From assembly GCF_030028105.1 (NCBI RefSeq), contig NC_092374.1, positions 56,305,016 to 56,369,015 on the forward strand: 64,000 nt of DNA, read 5' to 3'. The translations under genes were made by a program, and so were the position numbers. Shown piece after piece: positions 39,164 to 52,373 of the stretch (positions within the stretch are counted from its first letter, which is position 1; the number at the start of each line of letters is the position of its first letter). A model generated the notes under the pieces. The model saw only the letters and a list, made by a program, of their open reading frames with translations, ran no database searches and was not told where the DNA came from. The DNA comes from Mobula birostris. Taxonomy: Eukaryota.

Positions 39164-42100
39164 ACTTTATACTTCATACTTTATTGTCGCCAAACAATTG
39201 GTACTAGAATGTACAATCATCACAGCGATATTTGATTCTGCACTTCACACTCCCTGGATTACAAATATTAAGTATTAAAAATAGTAAAAATTAAATAAAT
39301 ATTAAAATTTAAATTATAAATCATAAATAGAAAATAGAAAAATGGAAAGTAAGGTAGTGCAAAAAAACCAAGTGGCAGGTCCTGATATTTGGAGGGTACG
39401 GTCCAGATCCGGGTCAGGATCCGTTCAGCAGTCTTATCACAGTTGGAAAGAAGCTCTTCCCAAGTCTGGTCATACGAGTCTTCAAGGTCCTAAGCCTTCT
39501 CCCGGAGGGAAGAGGGACGAAAAGTGTGTTGGCTGGGTGGGTTGTGTCCTTGATTATCCTGGCAGCACTGCTCCGACAGCGTGCGGTGTAAAGTGAATCC
39601 AAGGACAGAAGATTGGTTTGTGTGATGTGCTGCGCCGTGTTCACGATCTTCTGCAGCTTCTTTCGTTCTTGGACAGGACAGCTTCCATACCAGGTTGTGA
39701 TGCACCCTAGAAGAATGCTTTCTACGGTGCACCTATAAAAATTAGTGAGGGTTTTAGGGGACAGGCCAAATTTCTTTAGTTTTCTCAGGAAGTAAAGGTG
39801 CTGGTGGGCCTTCTTGGCCGTGGACTCTACTTGGTTGAACCAAGTCAGGTCACTTGTGATATTGACTCCGAGGAACTTAAAGTTTTTGACCTGTTCCACT
39901 TGCGCACCACCGATGTAAATTGGGTCGTGCGGTCCGCTACTCCTTCTGAAGTCAACAACCAATTCCTTCGTCTTGCTGATGTTGAAGGATAGGTTATTGT
40001 CTTCGCACCATGCCAGGTTCTTAATTCCCTCTCTGTACTCAAACTCATCATTACCCGAGATATGGCCTACAATTGTTGTGACATCAGCAAACTTACATAT
40101 TGAGTTTGATGGAAACTTGGCTACACAATCATGGGTGTACAGTGAGTACAGCAGGGGGCTGAGTACACAGCCTTGTGGGGCACCGGCGCTCAGAGTGATT
40201 GTAGAGGAGAGCTTGTCCCCTATTTTTACAGCCTGGGTTCTGTCTGTGAGGAAGTTGAAGATCCAGCTGCAGATCTGAGTGCTAAGGCCCAGGTTCCGGA
40301 GCTTAGGGATCAGTTTATCTGGAATGATGGTATTAAAGGCCGAGCTGTGGTCAATGAAAAGGAGCCTTACATATGCGTCTTTATTCTTCAGGTGTTCCGA
40401 GGAATGTAGGGCCAGAGAGATGGCATCTGCCGTTGACCTGTTGCTCCAGTAGGCGAATTGCAAAGTGTCGAGGTTGACTGGTAGGCTATGGTTGATGTGT
40501 GCCATAACCAATCTCTCGAAGCACTTCATAGCAATTGAAGTCAGAGCCACAGGTCGATAGTCATTCAGGCATACCACCTTGCACTTCTTCAGCACTGGGA
40601 TTATCATTGCCTTCTTAAAACACGAGGGGATCTTAGACTGAAACAAGGAGCAGTTGAAGATGTCAGTAAACATTCCAGCTAGCTCGCTTGCACAGGCCAG
40701 GAGAACCCGTCCTCAGATGCCGTCTGGGCCTGTCGCCATCCTTGAATTTATCTTCAGGAAGGCCCTTCTAACGTCTTCCTCGGTGACGATGAATCTCGAT
40801 GCCACCAGGTCCAGTTCATCAGGAGGAAGCGAGATGATCCTCTCCTGTTCGAACCTTGCGCAGAATACGTTAAGTTCATCAGGAAGAGAAGCGCCACAGT
40901 TATTGATATTCCCAGCCTTTTCTCTGCACCCAGTGATCTCATTTAGACCAGGCCATAGTCTACTGGCATCCCTTTGGTTAGCCTGGGCTTCCAACTTGGC
41001 GCCTCTTGGCGCCCTTAATGGCTTTCTGGAGTACACGCCTGGATTCCGTGTAGTGACTGGTATCCCCGGACTTAAAAGCCACAGCTTTCTAGCCTTTAAA
41101 AGGGACTTGACCTCATAATTCATCCAAGGTTTCCAGTTAGGGAATACCCGGATCGTCTTACGAGACACACAGTCCTCTGTGCATTTCCAAATAAAGTCCG
41201 TGACAGCTGAGGCATACTCATCAAGGTTAGCTGCCGAGTCCTTGAATACTAACCAGTCTACCGATTCAAAGCAGTCACGGAGGACCTCATCCCTTTCCTC
41301 CGTCCAACGCGACACTACTTTTGACACCATGACCTCCTGCTTCAGTTTCTGTTTGTAAGCCGGGAGGAGGACTACGGCCTGATGGTCCGATTTTCTGAAG
41401 TGAGGTCATGGGACGGAATGGTAGGCATCCTTGACTGCTGTGTAGCAGTGGTCAAGTATATTCAGGCCTCGAGTGGGGCAGGAGATATTTTGGTATAACT
41501 TTGGCAGAGCCTTTCTGAGGTTGGCCTGATTAAAGTCCCAGGCTGTAATGATCAAAGCCTCTGGATACCTGGTCTCAAGTCCACTGCTGTTGGCATACAG
41601 TATGTTCAGAGCACACTCCACGTCCGCCTGGGGGGGAATGTAGACCGCTGTCGGTATGACCAAGGTGAATTCCCGTGACAGATAGTAGGGACGGCACGTC
41701 ACCGACAGGTGTTCCAGGTCCGGGCTGCAGGAGCTTGTCAGTGCCACTGTGTCTGATTACCACGCAGTGTTGATCAGTAGGCAGACACCACCTCTCCTCG
41801 TCTTGCCCGAAGACACCGTGCGGTCCATCCAATGGATCGAAAATCCCTTCGATCGGATGGTACATTCGAGGGTGGCAGGGGAGAGCCAGGTCTCGGTGAA
41901 ACAGATTACACAGCAGTTCTGCATCTCCCTGCAGTAGGTGAGTCTCCCTTTAAGATCATCCACCTTGTTCTCTATGTTCTCCACCTTGCACATTAGCTAG
42001 TAGGATGGTGGGCATAGGGACCCTGAAGCCCCTCAGCTTCAATCTGACCAGCAGCTCAGCTCTTTTCCCACGCTTCCTCGATAAGTAGTGCATCTTTCCA

Positions 42101-42810
42101 GGTTTCCATCGATGCAGTGTGTTGTTGTCAGCTCTTTGAGGCAGGTGGATGCGTCCCGCGGGAATCGATTGGCAGGTCTCGTCGTCGTGCGCTCTGGGTC
42201 GAGCTGAGTAACGGCGGAGGCTCCACTGCCACTTCCAGCTGCCAGGGGTCCGGGCTGTCGATTGGGTTGGGCCCCGAAGCTGACACTTAATCCTGGAAGG
42301 CCGGGCTCCTGGCTGAAGCAAGTCCTTAAGCCAAGTCACGGTTGCGGAGGCCTCCGCTCCAGCCGAGCCTCGGGCTCGATTTCTGAGGTCGGTGGCAGAG
42401 GCCTCACTTCTGGCAGCTGTGGATGGCCACCAACGGGGCTTTACGGTGGTCACTCCGGGGAAGCGTCTGGGGCACCTTGAGGTCTCCGCCGTCACTTCTG
42501 TGTGGTCGTCTGCTCCGGAGAGATGCTGGTCAGAATGGGCCAGGTCTCTGAGCGCTCCAGCGCAGTAACAGACCGCGGGTCTCCGGTAACGTGGTGGGCC
42601 TCGTTAGTCGGGTCCAGGTGCGGTCCAGAGTTTAAGAAGCAGTTCATGCGCGGTGGTCTCCAGCTGGGTCAGTAGCTTCGCCAGGGTGTTGTTGATCTTG
42701 ATCTTGCTAAATTGGAGGTTTAGAAGGGTTTCTCAGGTATAGGATAGTGGAGAGCGCAGTTTGCTCGGGAGAGCATGCACAAAGTCGCCAGTTACAGGCG
42801 CCACCTTTAA
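39164..42810 (-). mobile_element. Near-full-length Rex1/Babar-type LINE (frameshifted)
   Basis: APE fragments (CFTETWL, AVYIPP, WDFN, LDHCY), RT ORF 39414-40673, GC-rich 5' leader starting aaggtggcgcc, and a (taaagta)n-like 3' tail at 39164-39185. Confidence 0.9.
39414..40673 (-). pseudogene. Rex1/Babar reverse transcriptase fragment
   Basis: [23 protein letters not shown] and [19 protein letters not shown] motifs; catalytic motif mutated to FADV. Confidence 0.85.
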
Positions 42811-42814
42811 GGGA

Positions 42815-43863
42815 CTTCTGCTGTTATCAATGATGCCCTCACCCACATCTCCTCCATTTCCCACACTTCAGCCCTCACCCCATCCTCCCGCCACAACAAC
42901 AGGGACAGAGTTCCCCTTGTCCTCACCTACACCCCACCAGCCTCCGGATCCAGCAGATTATCCTCCGCAACTTCCGCCACCTTCAACAGGACCCCACCAC
43001 TTAGCACATCTTTCCCTCTCCGCTTTCCGCAGGGATCAGTCCCTCCGTGACTCCCTGATTCACACGTCCCTTCCCACGGATCTCCCACTGGGCACTTATC
43101 CCTGTAAGCACAAGTGCTACACCTGTCCCTACACCTCCTCTCTTACCACCATTCAGGGCCACAAACAGTCCTTCCAAGTGAGGCAACACTTCACTTGAGA
43201 GTCTGTTGGGGTCATCTATTGCATCCGGTGCTCCCGGTGCAGCCTCCTCTACATCAGTGAAACCCAACGCAGATTGGGGGACCGCTTTGTCGAACACTTC
43301 CGCTCCGTCGGCCACAACAGACAGGATCTCCCAGTAGCCACCCACTTCAACTCTGCTTCCCACTCCCATTCAGATATGTCCATACATGGCCTCCTCTACT
43401 GCCATGATGAGGCTAAACTCAGGTTGGAGGAGCAACACCTCATATACCGTCTGGGTAGTCTCCAGCCCCTTGGTATGAACATAGAATTCTCCAACTTCTG
43501 GTAATTCCCTCCCCCTCCCTTCCCCTATCCCTATGTCACTCTGCCCCCTCCCCCAACTGCCTATCACCTCCCTCGTGGTTCCCCCTCCTTCTACTACCCA
43601 TTGTGTTTTCCCCTATTCCTCCTTCACCTTTTCTGCCTATCCCCTCCCTGCCTCCCCTCCCCCACCCCTTTATCTTTCCCCTTACTGGTTTTTCACCTGG
43701 AACCTACCAGCCTTCTCCTTCCCACTCTCCCCCCACCTTCTTCATAGGGCCTCTGCCTCTTCCCTCTTCAGTCCTGATGAAGGGTTCTGTCCCAAAACGT
43801 TGACTGATCGGTTCCACGGATGCTGCCCGACCTGCTGAGTTCCTCCAGTGTGTTGTGAGTGTT
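42815..43863 (+). mobile_element. Penelope-like element 3' part (GIY-YIG endonuclease + pseudo-LTR)
   Basis: CKHKCYTC, VIYCIRC..C.LLYI.ET, GDRFVEH, VATHFN and RLEEQHLIYRLGSLQPLGMN motifs, then a pyrimidine-rich pLTR with a hammerhead-like motif. Confidence 0.9.
43769..43806 (+). ncRNA. Degenerate hammerhead motif (also at 57889-57926)
   Basis: CAGTC-CTGATGA-AGGGTTCTGTCCC-AAAAC-GTT-GACTG; core GAAA has become AAAA. Confidence 0.55.
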
Positions 43864-44069
43864 TCAGATGGTAATTGATGATATTAGAGACAGCAGTTTA
43901 AGCTCAGTCAGAAGTGTAGGGTTTCCAGAACGCCTCAAGGAGGCTTCAAGAGGTTTGAGGAGAGAATTGTAGAGCTAACAACCTCAGTAGTTGAAGGCAA
44001 GTTAGAGTGATAAAAATGAGAAATGTTCAAGAGGTCCAAATTGAAGGAACACAGAAATATGAAAGGGTT

Positions 44070-44368
44070 ATAGAACATTGAACATAGAATAGTACAGCAC
44101 ATTACAGGCCCTTCAGACCACAATGTTGTGCCGACCCTCAAACCCTGCCTCCCATATAAACCCCCACCTTAAATTCCTCCATATACCTGTCTAGTAGTCT
44201 CTTAAACTTCACGAGTGTATCTGCCTCCACCACTGACTCAGGCAGAGCATTCTACACACCAACCACTCTCTGAGTAAAAAACCTTCCTCTAATATCCCCC
44301 TTGACCTTCCCACCCCTTACCTTAAAGCTATGTCCTCTTGTATTGAGCAGTGGTGCCCTGGGGAAGAA
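44070..44368 (-). mobile_element. 3' end of the same young CR1 family as 60698-63638 (duplicate at 58190-58488)
   Basis: Near-identical reverse complement of 63330-63630. Confidence 0.85.
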
Positions 44369-44574
44369 CACCACTGTGGACCTGAAAATTTCAATAGCAG
44401 ATTAGACTGGAGAAGATTACAGAAATCTTTGGGAGGGATGGGTGGTGTGTAGGATGTGGGTTGTTATAACAGCAGGGAAGAAGTAGAATTGGAGGATCTT
44501 CCCATATTCTCGTATAATCCTTTCGCTTTACCATCTCACTTGGACTCTTTGATCTCATTATCTTTATTTTTACT

Positions 44575-45806
44575 TAGAAATACAGCACAGTAACAGGACT
44601 TAGAAATTCACCCACGTGATCAATCAACGAGCCATACCACCCAATCACACCCACTTGACCAATCAACGAGCCATACCACCCAATCACACCCACTTGACCA
44701 ATCAACGAGCCATACCACCCAATCACACCCACGTGATCAAACAACAAGCCATACCACCCAATCACACCCACGTGATCAATCAACGATCCATACCACCCAA
44801 TCACACCCACGTGATCAATCAATGAGCCATACCACCCAATCACACCCACGTGACCAATCAACGAGCCATACCACCCAATCACACCCACGTGATCAATCAA
44901 TGAGCCATACCACCCAATCACACCCACGTGACCAATCAACGAGCCATACCAGCCAATCACACCCACGTGATCAATCAACGAGCCATACCACCCAATCACA
45001 CCCACTTGACCAATCAACGAGCCATACCACCCAATCACACCCACGTGACCAATCAATGAGCCATACCACCCAATCACACCCACGTGATCAATCAACGAGC
45101 CATACCACCCAATCACACCCACGTGATCAATCAACGAGCCATACCACCCAATCACACCCACGTGATCAATCAACGAGCCATACCACCCAATCACACCCAC
45201 GTGATCAACCAACGAGCCATACCACCCAATCACACCCACGTGATCAATCAACGAGCCATATCACCCAATCACACCCACGTGATCAATCAACGAGCCATAC
45301 CACCCAATCACACCCACGTGATCAACCAACGAGCCATACCTGCCAACCACACCCACGTGATCAATCAACGAGCCATACCACCCAATCACACCCACGTGAT
45401 CAATCAACGAGCCATATCACCCAATCACACCCACTTGATCAATCAACGAGCCATACCACCCAATCACACCCACGTGATCAACCAACGAGCCATACCACCC
45501 AATCACACCCACGTGATCAATCAACGATCCATACCACCCAATCACACCCACGTGATCAATCAATGAGCCATACCACCCAATCACACCCACGTGATCAATC
45601 AACGAGCCATACCACCCAATCACACCCACGTGACCAATTAACCTACTAACCCAACCACTTTTGGAACATGGAAGGAAACTGGAGCACCCTGAGGAAACCC
45701 ATGAAGTCACAGAGAGAACGTACAAAGTCCTTACTGACAGAGGCAGAATAGAACCTGGGTCGACGTCATTGTAATAACATTACTCTAACCATTATGTTAC
45801 CATGCC
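44575..45806 (-). mobile_element. tRNA-derived SINE hosting the minisatellite (duplicate at 58695-59926)
   Basis: 45639-45806 is the reverse complement of the SINE head and core (ggaaactggagcaccctgaggaaaccc); 44575-44600 is the reverse complement of the tail. Confidence 0.75.
44609..45638. repeat. 39-bp minisatellite, about 26 copies
   Basis: Unit CACCCACGTGATCAATCAACGAGCCATACCACCCAATCA; gives 13-aa periodic ORFs. Confidence 0.97.
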
Positions 45807-45872
45807 ATCCTGATCATAAGATTAATGCCACTTCTGATAATCCCATCACCCAAATTCTTTGATCCAAATTGT

Positions 45873-45885
45873 NNNNNNNNNNNNN
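45873..45885. other. Assembly gap (13 N)
   Basis: Run of 13 n characters. Confidence 0.99.
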
Positions 45886-46851
45886 GACCGATGAATTCCA
45901 CAGATTCACTACCTTCCTCATCTTTGTTCTAACTAAACATCCCTCTATTCTGAGACTGTGCTCTCTGGTCCTAGACTCCCCCACTATACGAAACATCCTT
46001 CCCACATCCACACTATCCAGACCTTTGACATATCATTCACATACAACATGAAAAGAAGTAGTCCCAACACTGAACCCTTGCAGAACACCACTAGTCACTG
46101 GCAGCCAACCAGGAAAAGCACCCTTTGATCCCACTCTTTGTCTCCTGCCAGTCAGCCAATTTTCTATCCATGCTGATATCATACCTGTAATATCATGGGC
46201 TCTTAGCTTGTTAAGCAGGCTCATGCATGGCACCTTGTCAAAGCCTTCTGAAAATCTAACAAGACAACAGCCACTGACTCTCGTTTGTCTACCTTGCCTG
46301 TTAATTTCTCAAAGAATTCCAACAGGTTTGTCAAACAAGATGTTCCCTTAAGGAAACACGCTGACTTTGGCCTTTTTTTTTATTATGTGCTTCCAAGTAC
46401 CCCGAAATCTCTTCCTTAATAATGGATTCCAACATCATTCCAAGCTCTGAAGTCAGGCTAATCAGCCTATAATTTCCTTTCTCCTGCCTCCCTCCCTTCT
46501 TAAAGGGTGGAGTGACACTTGCAATTTTCCAGTCCTCCAGAACTATTCCAGAATCTAATGATTCTTGAAAGATCATTACTGATGTCTTCACAATCTCTTC
46601 AGCTACCTCCTTCAGAAATCTGGGTTGTAGTCCATCTAGTCCAGGGGATTTTGTCTACCTTCAGAAATTTCATCTTCCCCAAGCACCTCCTCCTTAGTAA
46701 TAGCAACAATAATCAATTCTGCCCCATGAAACTCTTGAACTTCTGGCATACTGCTAGTGTATTCTATAATAAAGGCTGACGCAAAATACTTATTAAGTTT
46801 CTTCCCCATTTCTTTGTTCCTCATTACTACCTCTCCATGGTCATTTTCCAT
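45886..46851 (-). mobile_element. Decayed CR1 RT fragment, unique spacer between the duplicated blocks
   Basis: GNYRLISLTS, WIENWLTGRRQRV and VTSGVLQG motifs, with frameshifts. Confidence 0.85.
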
Positions 46852-49800
46852 AGTGCCAATGCCAAGAGAATAAAAGAACGTAAGAAATAGGAGCAGGGTA
46901 GGCCATCTGGGCCATCGAGCCTGCCCTGCTATTCAATAAGATCATGGCGGGTCTGGCCATGGACTGATTCCTTTTCCTCATGACCCTTAATTCCCTTACT
47001 ATGTCAAAATCTATCCGACCTTGTCTTAAATATATTTAATGAGATAGCCTCCACTGCTTCATTGAGCAGAGAATTCCAAAGATTCATCACTCTCTGGGAA
47101 AAGCAGTTCATCCTCATCTCTATCCTAAAATCTACTCCCCCGAATCTTGAGGCTATATCTCCTAGTTCCAGTCTCACCTAACAGTGCAAACAACCTTCCT
47201 GCCTCTATCTTATTTATCACTTTCATAATTTTATATGTTTCTGTAAGATCTTCTCTCATTCTTCTGAATTCCAGCAAGTACAGTCCCAGGTGACTCAATT
47301 TCTCCTCATAGTCTAATCCCCTCATCTCTGGAATCAGAGGTTCTTGTACTGTAAGATTTTCCAGCTTTTCAGCATGATGTAAAATCTGTTTGCATTCTGA
47401 GGCTCATGCTAGAGATTTTGTCTTCATGTGAAAACAAGCAGGTAAGTTTATACCAGATTCCATGGTTGATAGAAGAATAACTTCCGGATGCTTAGTCAGT
47501 TACATAATGTTAACGGTGGGAGCTAGTTATGCCCAAACTTAGTTGTAATGTCACTCCAAATACTATTGTGGCTGTAAATTATAATACAGAGCCCTCTGGT
47601 CGTGGAAGGTGTGATAGAAACATATGTTTTTTTTTCCCTTTTTATTTCACCCCTCGCTCGTTTGGAGAGGGTGCAGAAGAGGTTTACCAGGGTGCTGCCT
47701 AGTTTAGAGGGCATGTGCTATCATGAAAGATTGGACAGACCTAGGTTGTTTTCTCTGGAGCGGCGGAGGCTGAGAGGAGATCAGATAGAGGTTTATAAGA
47801 TTATGAGAGGCATAGGAAGAGTATATAGCGAGTTTCTTTTTAGCAGGGTAGAAATGTCTAATACCAGAGGGCACGTATTGAATGTGAGAATGGGTAGGTT
47901 CAAAGGGAATGTGAGGGGCTAGTTTTTTACTCAGAGAGTGGTGGGTGCCTGGAATGTAGTATCTGATATGGTCATACAGGCAAATACATTAGAAGCTTTT
48001 AAGAGACATTTGGATAGGCACATGAATTGAGGAAGATAGGGGTATATGGACATTGTATACGTAGGAAGGATTAGTTTTTGGGGGTTTTGATTTAATTTGT
48101 GCTGGTTCGGCACAACATTGTGGGCCAAAGGGTCTGTTCCTGTGCTGTACTGTTCTATGTTCTACTTCAATGTTAACACAACTATCAAAATATACATAGG
48201 TATCCCATTTTTATCAGAATATTTGAATATTAAAAATATATGAACACAATTGCTTATAGGCCTCCATTCAATGTAGCATTATTTAGTGTGAACTATATGA
48301 AAAGAAGGGTTTTGGCCCGAAACATCGACTATACTTTTTTCCATAAATGCTGCCTGGCCTGCTGAGTTCCTCCAGCATTTTGTGTGTGCTGTTAGTGTGT
48401 TGTTAGAGAAGCTGTGTAGAAAAAGTGGAGAGAATCGGGTGTAAAATATCACAGTGTCACATAGCGAAGTGAATAGACAGATAGAGTGTGGACAGTGTAG
48501 AGAGAGTCAACATATAAGTGTGGACAGTGTGAAGAAAAACAATGCAGAATACCTAGTGTGGAGAACGTGGAGAGTACCAGCATAGGATCCACTGGTCTCG
48601 GCAGTATGGACTGTCAGTGAGGTATATGTTGGTCTGGAGATTATGGAGAGGATCAGGTGATTTCCAAGTGATCAATGTGAGAGAATTAGAGCATGATATC
48701 CCAGACACGCTTTTACTCAATGCTGTTTGACCTAAGTGAAGAAATGGATACATCCCAAATCCATTTCTTTCTTTAGTATAAATGTTGTAGTTCTAATAAA
48801 GAAATCTTTTTCTTCTATTATCAAACCTTATGTTAAAAAAGTAAAAGAAATATTAACATTGTTTCAACGGGAATGGAGTAAGTTGTCCATCTGATCTCAG
48901 AGACTCACTGACACAATCATCCATTATGAAAAATTTTCACGGCATGTCTTTTATGGCCCCATCCTAGAAAACACTTTGTGATTAAACTGAGCACAGATGT
49001 TTTCCTTTTATTCAGAGGCTGAAGAGTCAAGGGGCAAACACTAAACATTCCCTTAGCAACCACATTGCCACCAGTGAATAAAGACAACAGACCTAAACTA
49101 ACTAGCTAAATCATTCCCAGTAACATAGCCTGAACAACTGCCTAGGTAATAAATACTGCAAACTGCACAAAGCTGAGTGCATTTCAGTGCTGCACTTAAT
49201 TCATGACAATTCATTCCTGCTGCCCAGAGGGAGCAGCTCTTGAGATTGCATCAAGTGGCCTTCACTGAGAGAGGGTCATGCAGCCTGAATTCTCCACATG
49301 ATCCTCCTCCGACCCGCTGCACCTCAGCCCAATCACCTATCCTCCTGTCCTTTGAAATTTCATCAGTTGATACAGCTTACCATTGGATCCACCTCCACTA
49401 TTTGCTTCAAACACTCCCTGTGGAAGCCGCTTCCACATTGTCTCTACTCTTTGACTAAAGGTGTTCTCCTGATTCCTCTATTAATTTATCACAGACTATT
49501 CCCAATGAAGGACTTGGTTCTTTCCTTGCTTGAATATGGAAAATCTTCTGCGTGTCAAATGGTATCAAACTGTGTTATAGTTTCAGAAATTGACTTAGAC
49601 TTCCCCCTTTTAAAGAACTCTATCCTGATCAGCCTATTCTGTTGTTAGAATCTTATGTTATCACCCTAGCAACAAGGAAATCCAAACTGAGCCCAGTTTT
49701 ATCTGAAGTCTGTTTCTACACTTTAGTTAATAGAGTGAGAGGCCACTCATGTCAGACCTTCCAATTCCATAGCACACAATGCCTTCTTTCATCAGAGGAA

Positions 49801-50378
49801 GCTGCACTAAATGAGCAAAAGCCTGGCTAACAAACTATGAAAATGCTAATGAAATAAATTTAAACCCCTACCACTTAGTAAACTTCCTATTTCTCAAAAC
49901 ATCACCCTGCCTTAGCTCACCTTTTGCTGGGATGCCTTTTGTAAACTCTGGATTTGTCCACTCCAGTGTAAACACTGCAGATGCCAGACTCTGGAGCAAG
50001 AATCTGCTGCAGGAACTCAGTGGGTCGAGCAGAATCGGTGGGAGGAAGGGCTTCAGTCTTGTTGATAGGTATCTTTCTAAATTTCTAAGTCTTTGTGAAC
50101 TTAGTTATCCAATTATCTGATGTTAGTGTTCTAAATTATATCAAAATCCATTCACCAATAGCCACTTTACACAGTGAAATTATCTGTTTCCTAGTAAAGC
50201 AATAGGTTAATTTTAACACTCTCGTCCTTGTTTCCTTATCTGCCCCCAGTCTCTATCACCTCGTCATACCCTAGAAATCTCTCTATTCCTCTAAATGAGG
50301 CCTTCTGCCCTCTGCTCATTTTAACCATTCTACTCCAGTAGTCATGCCTTCAGTTGCTAGAGTACTCTGTAGAACATC

Positions 50379-52373
50379 ATCATCATCATCATGTGCCATG
50401 CCCAGTTCGTGCTTTGACTGCTATGGCCCATACACTCCTGTTTCAGGTCAAGTGGATCAATTCATTGGTATTCATCTCCAGTTCTATGGCTGCTGTCTCC
50501 ATCATCATTTGTCTTTGCCTTCCTCTTGCTTTCTTCCCTTCAATCTTTCCCATAATTACTGTGCATTCTAACTCCTCTTTCCTAATCACATGTCCAATGA
50601 AGTCATGTTGCCTTTTCATGATCTCATACATTATTTCTCTTTTTCTGCTTGCTCTGTTCATGACATCTTCATTAGATATTCATTTCATCCATGATATCCT
50701 TTGCATCCTCCTCAAAAACCACATCTCTGCTGCTACAATTCATTTCCTCATGTTACTAGATATTGTCCAACATTCTGAGCCATATAATAAAACTGGATAA
50801 ACGTAACATTTCAGTACTCTGAGGCGGGTTGTCATGCCTAGATTAGTGTTGGTCAGTATACTCTTCATTCTCCTGAAGGTGTCTTTTGCCATCCCTATTC
50901 TTCTTTTGATGTCCATGTCACACCTGCCATCTGATGTCACCCAGCTTCCTAAGTAGCAAAAGTTCTTTACTTGTTTTCTGTCTTCCCTGTTTATTCTCAG
51001 CCTGCAGATAGGATTCTCCTTCTTTTTGGATATCACCATACATTCTGTCTTTTTGCAATTGATAGATAGACCCACCCATTTCTGCACTTTCTTCAACAAC
51101 TATATCAATTAAGTTTTGTAGTTCTTCCTCTGTACTTGCAATTAACACAGTGTCATCCGCATATGTAAAATTATTGATGTTTTCACTGCCAACTTTGATT
51201 CCCAAGATGTCTCTTATTTTTTGTAATATTGTTTCACTGTAGACATTAAATAAATCAGGGGAGAAAACATACCCTTGTCTAATGCCTCTCTTGATTTTCA
51301 TAAACTGACTCACTGGTCCGTCTATTCTTACAGCGGCAGTCTGTTCCCAGTACAGATCTCTGATTAGGCAGAGGTTTTTCGAATCTAGATCTAGAGTTTC
51401 CTGTAATATTTCGAATAAGTTATTGTGCTTCACTTCATCAAATGCTTTTGTGTAGTCGGTAAAACAAACAACAAATCTTTTAGCACTCGAATAGCTCGTT
51501 CTGGTTGTATCCTCAACATCTATATTGCATTTCTTGTACCTTTGTCTTTCACAAAACCACATTGTTCTTTACCTATTTCAGCTTGTATCTTACTTTTAGC
51601 TCTTGTCATCAAAATTCTTAGAAGTATCTTGGTGATATGACTCATTAAACTTATGGTCCGATGTAATTCACATTCTATTGCTCCAAGTTTCTTAGAAAGA
51701 GTGATAAATACAGATTTTTTCATCTCTTCTGGTATTATTCCCAGTCTCATAAATGTCATTGATTAAATCAGTAAGCTTTTCAATTCCATAATCTTCAAGG
51801 ACGATAATTTGTTCTATTACTAATTCATCAGGACCTGCTGCTTTTCCTTTCTTCATCTTATTTGTTGTATTACGAACTTCAGATTTTAAAATACTTGGAC
51901 CTTCAATGTTCTTCTTAATTTCCTTTTTTTCACCTTGATCGTCTTCAAACAATTCCTGAATATACTCAGTCCATCTGTTCATAATCTCATCTTTTTTCAT
52001 GATAATGGTACCGTCCTTTGCTTTCAAGCATCCATCTGAAGAACAGAGGAGCTTTTTACCAGTGATATTCTTGATTTGTTGATGTAACCTTTTTGGATCA
52101 GTAATAGGGATTCTTTCTATTTGCTCACATTCCTGGTTTACCCATTCTTCTTTTGCTTTTTGACATAAGCTTTTAACTTTTTTATCTAAGGACTTATATT
52201 CTATAGGATTTGCTTTCTTCTGTCTCCTTTCTTCCATTAGATTTTTGATTTCATCTGTCATCCATTTATTCTTTGTGCTTTTTTCTTTTTTAGGGATCAC
52301 TGACTTTGCTGATTCTACCAAGGCATCCTTTAGAGAGTTAAATTTCATTTCTACATGATTGCTATCATCTTCA
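50379..52373 (-). mobile_element. RTE-clade LINE (duplicate copy)
   Basis: Same as 36259-38253 at offset +14120. Confidence 0.9.

Larger units (their letters stand above)
32731..45872 (+). repeat. 13.1-kb direct duplication, copy 1
   Basis: Every ORF recurs at +14120; the copy ends exactly at the N gap. Confidence 0.97.

Noticed and set aside
44609-45638. CRISPR-like array
   Set aside because: The units are contiguous with no unique spacers, there are no cas genes, and the context is eukaryotic.
44574-45725. Long repetitive ORFs on both strands (SHTTQSHPRDQST and IDHVGVIGWYGSL repeats) as a novel repeat protein
   Set aside because: A by-product of a 39-bp (3n) unit lacking stops in most frames. 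It sits inside a SINE and shows no gene structure.
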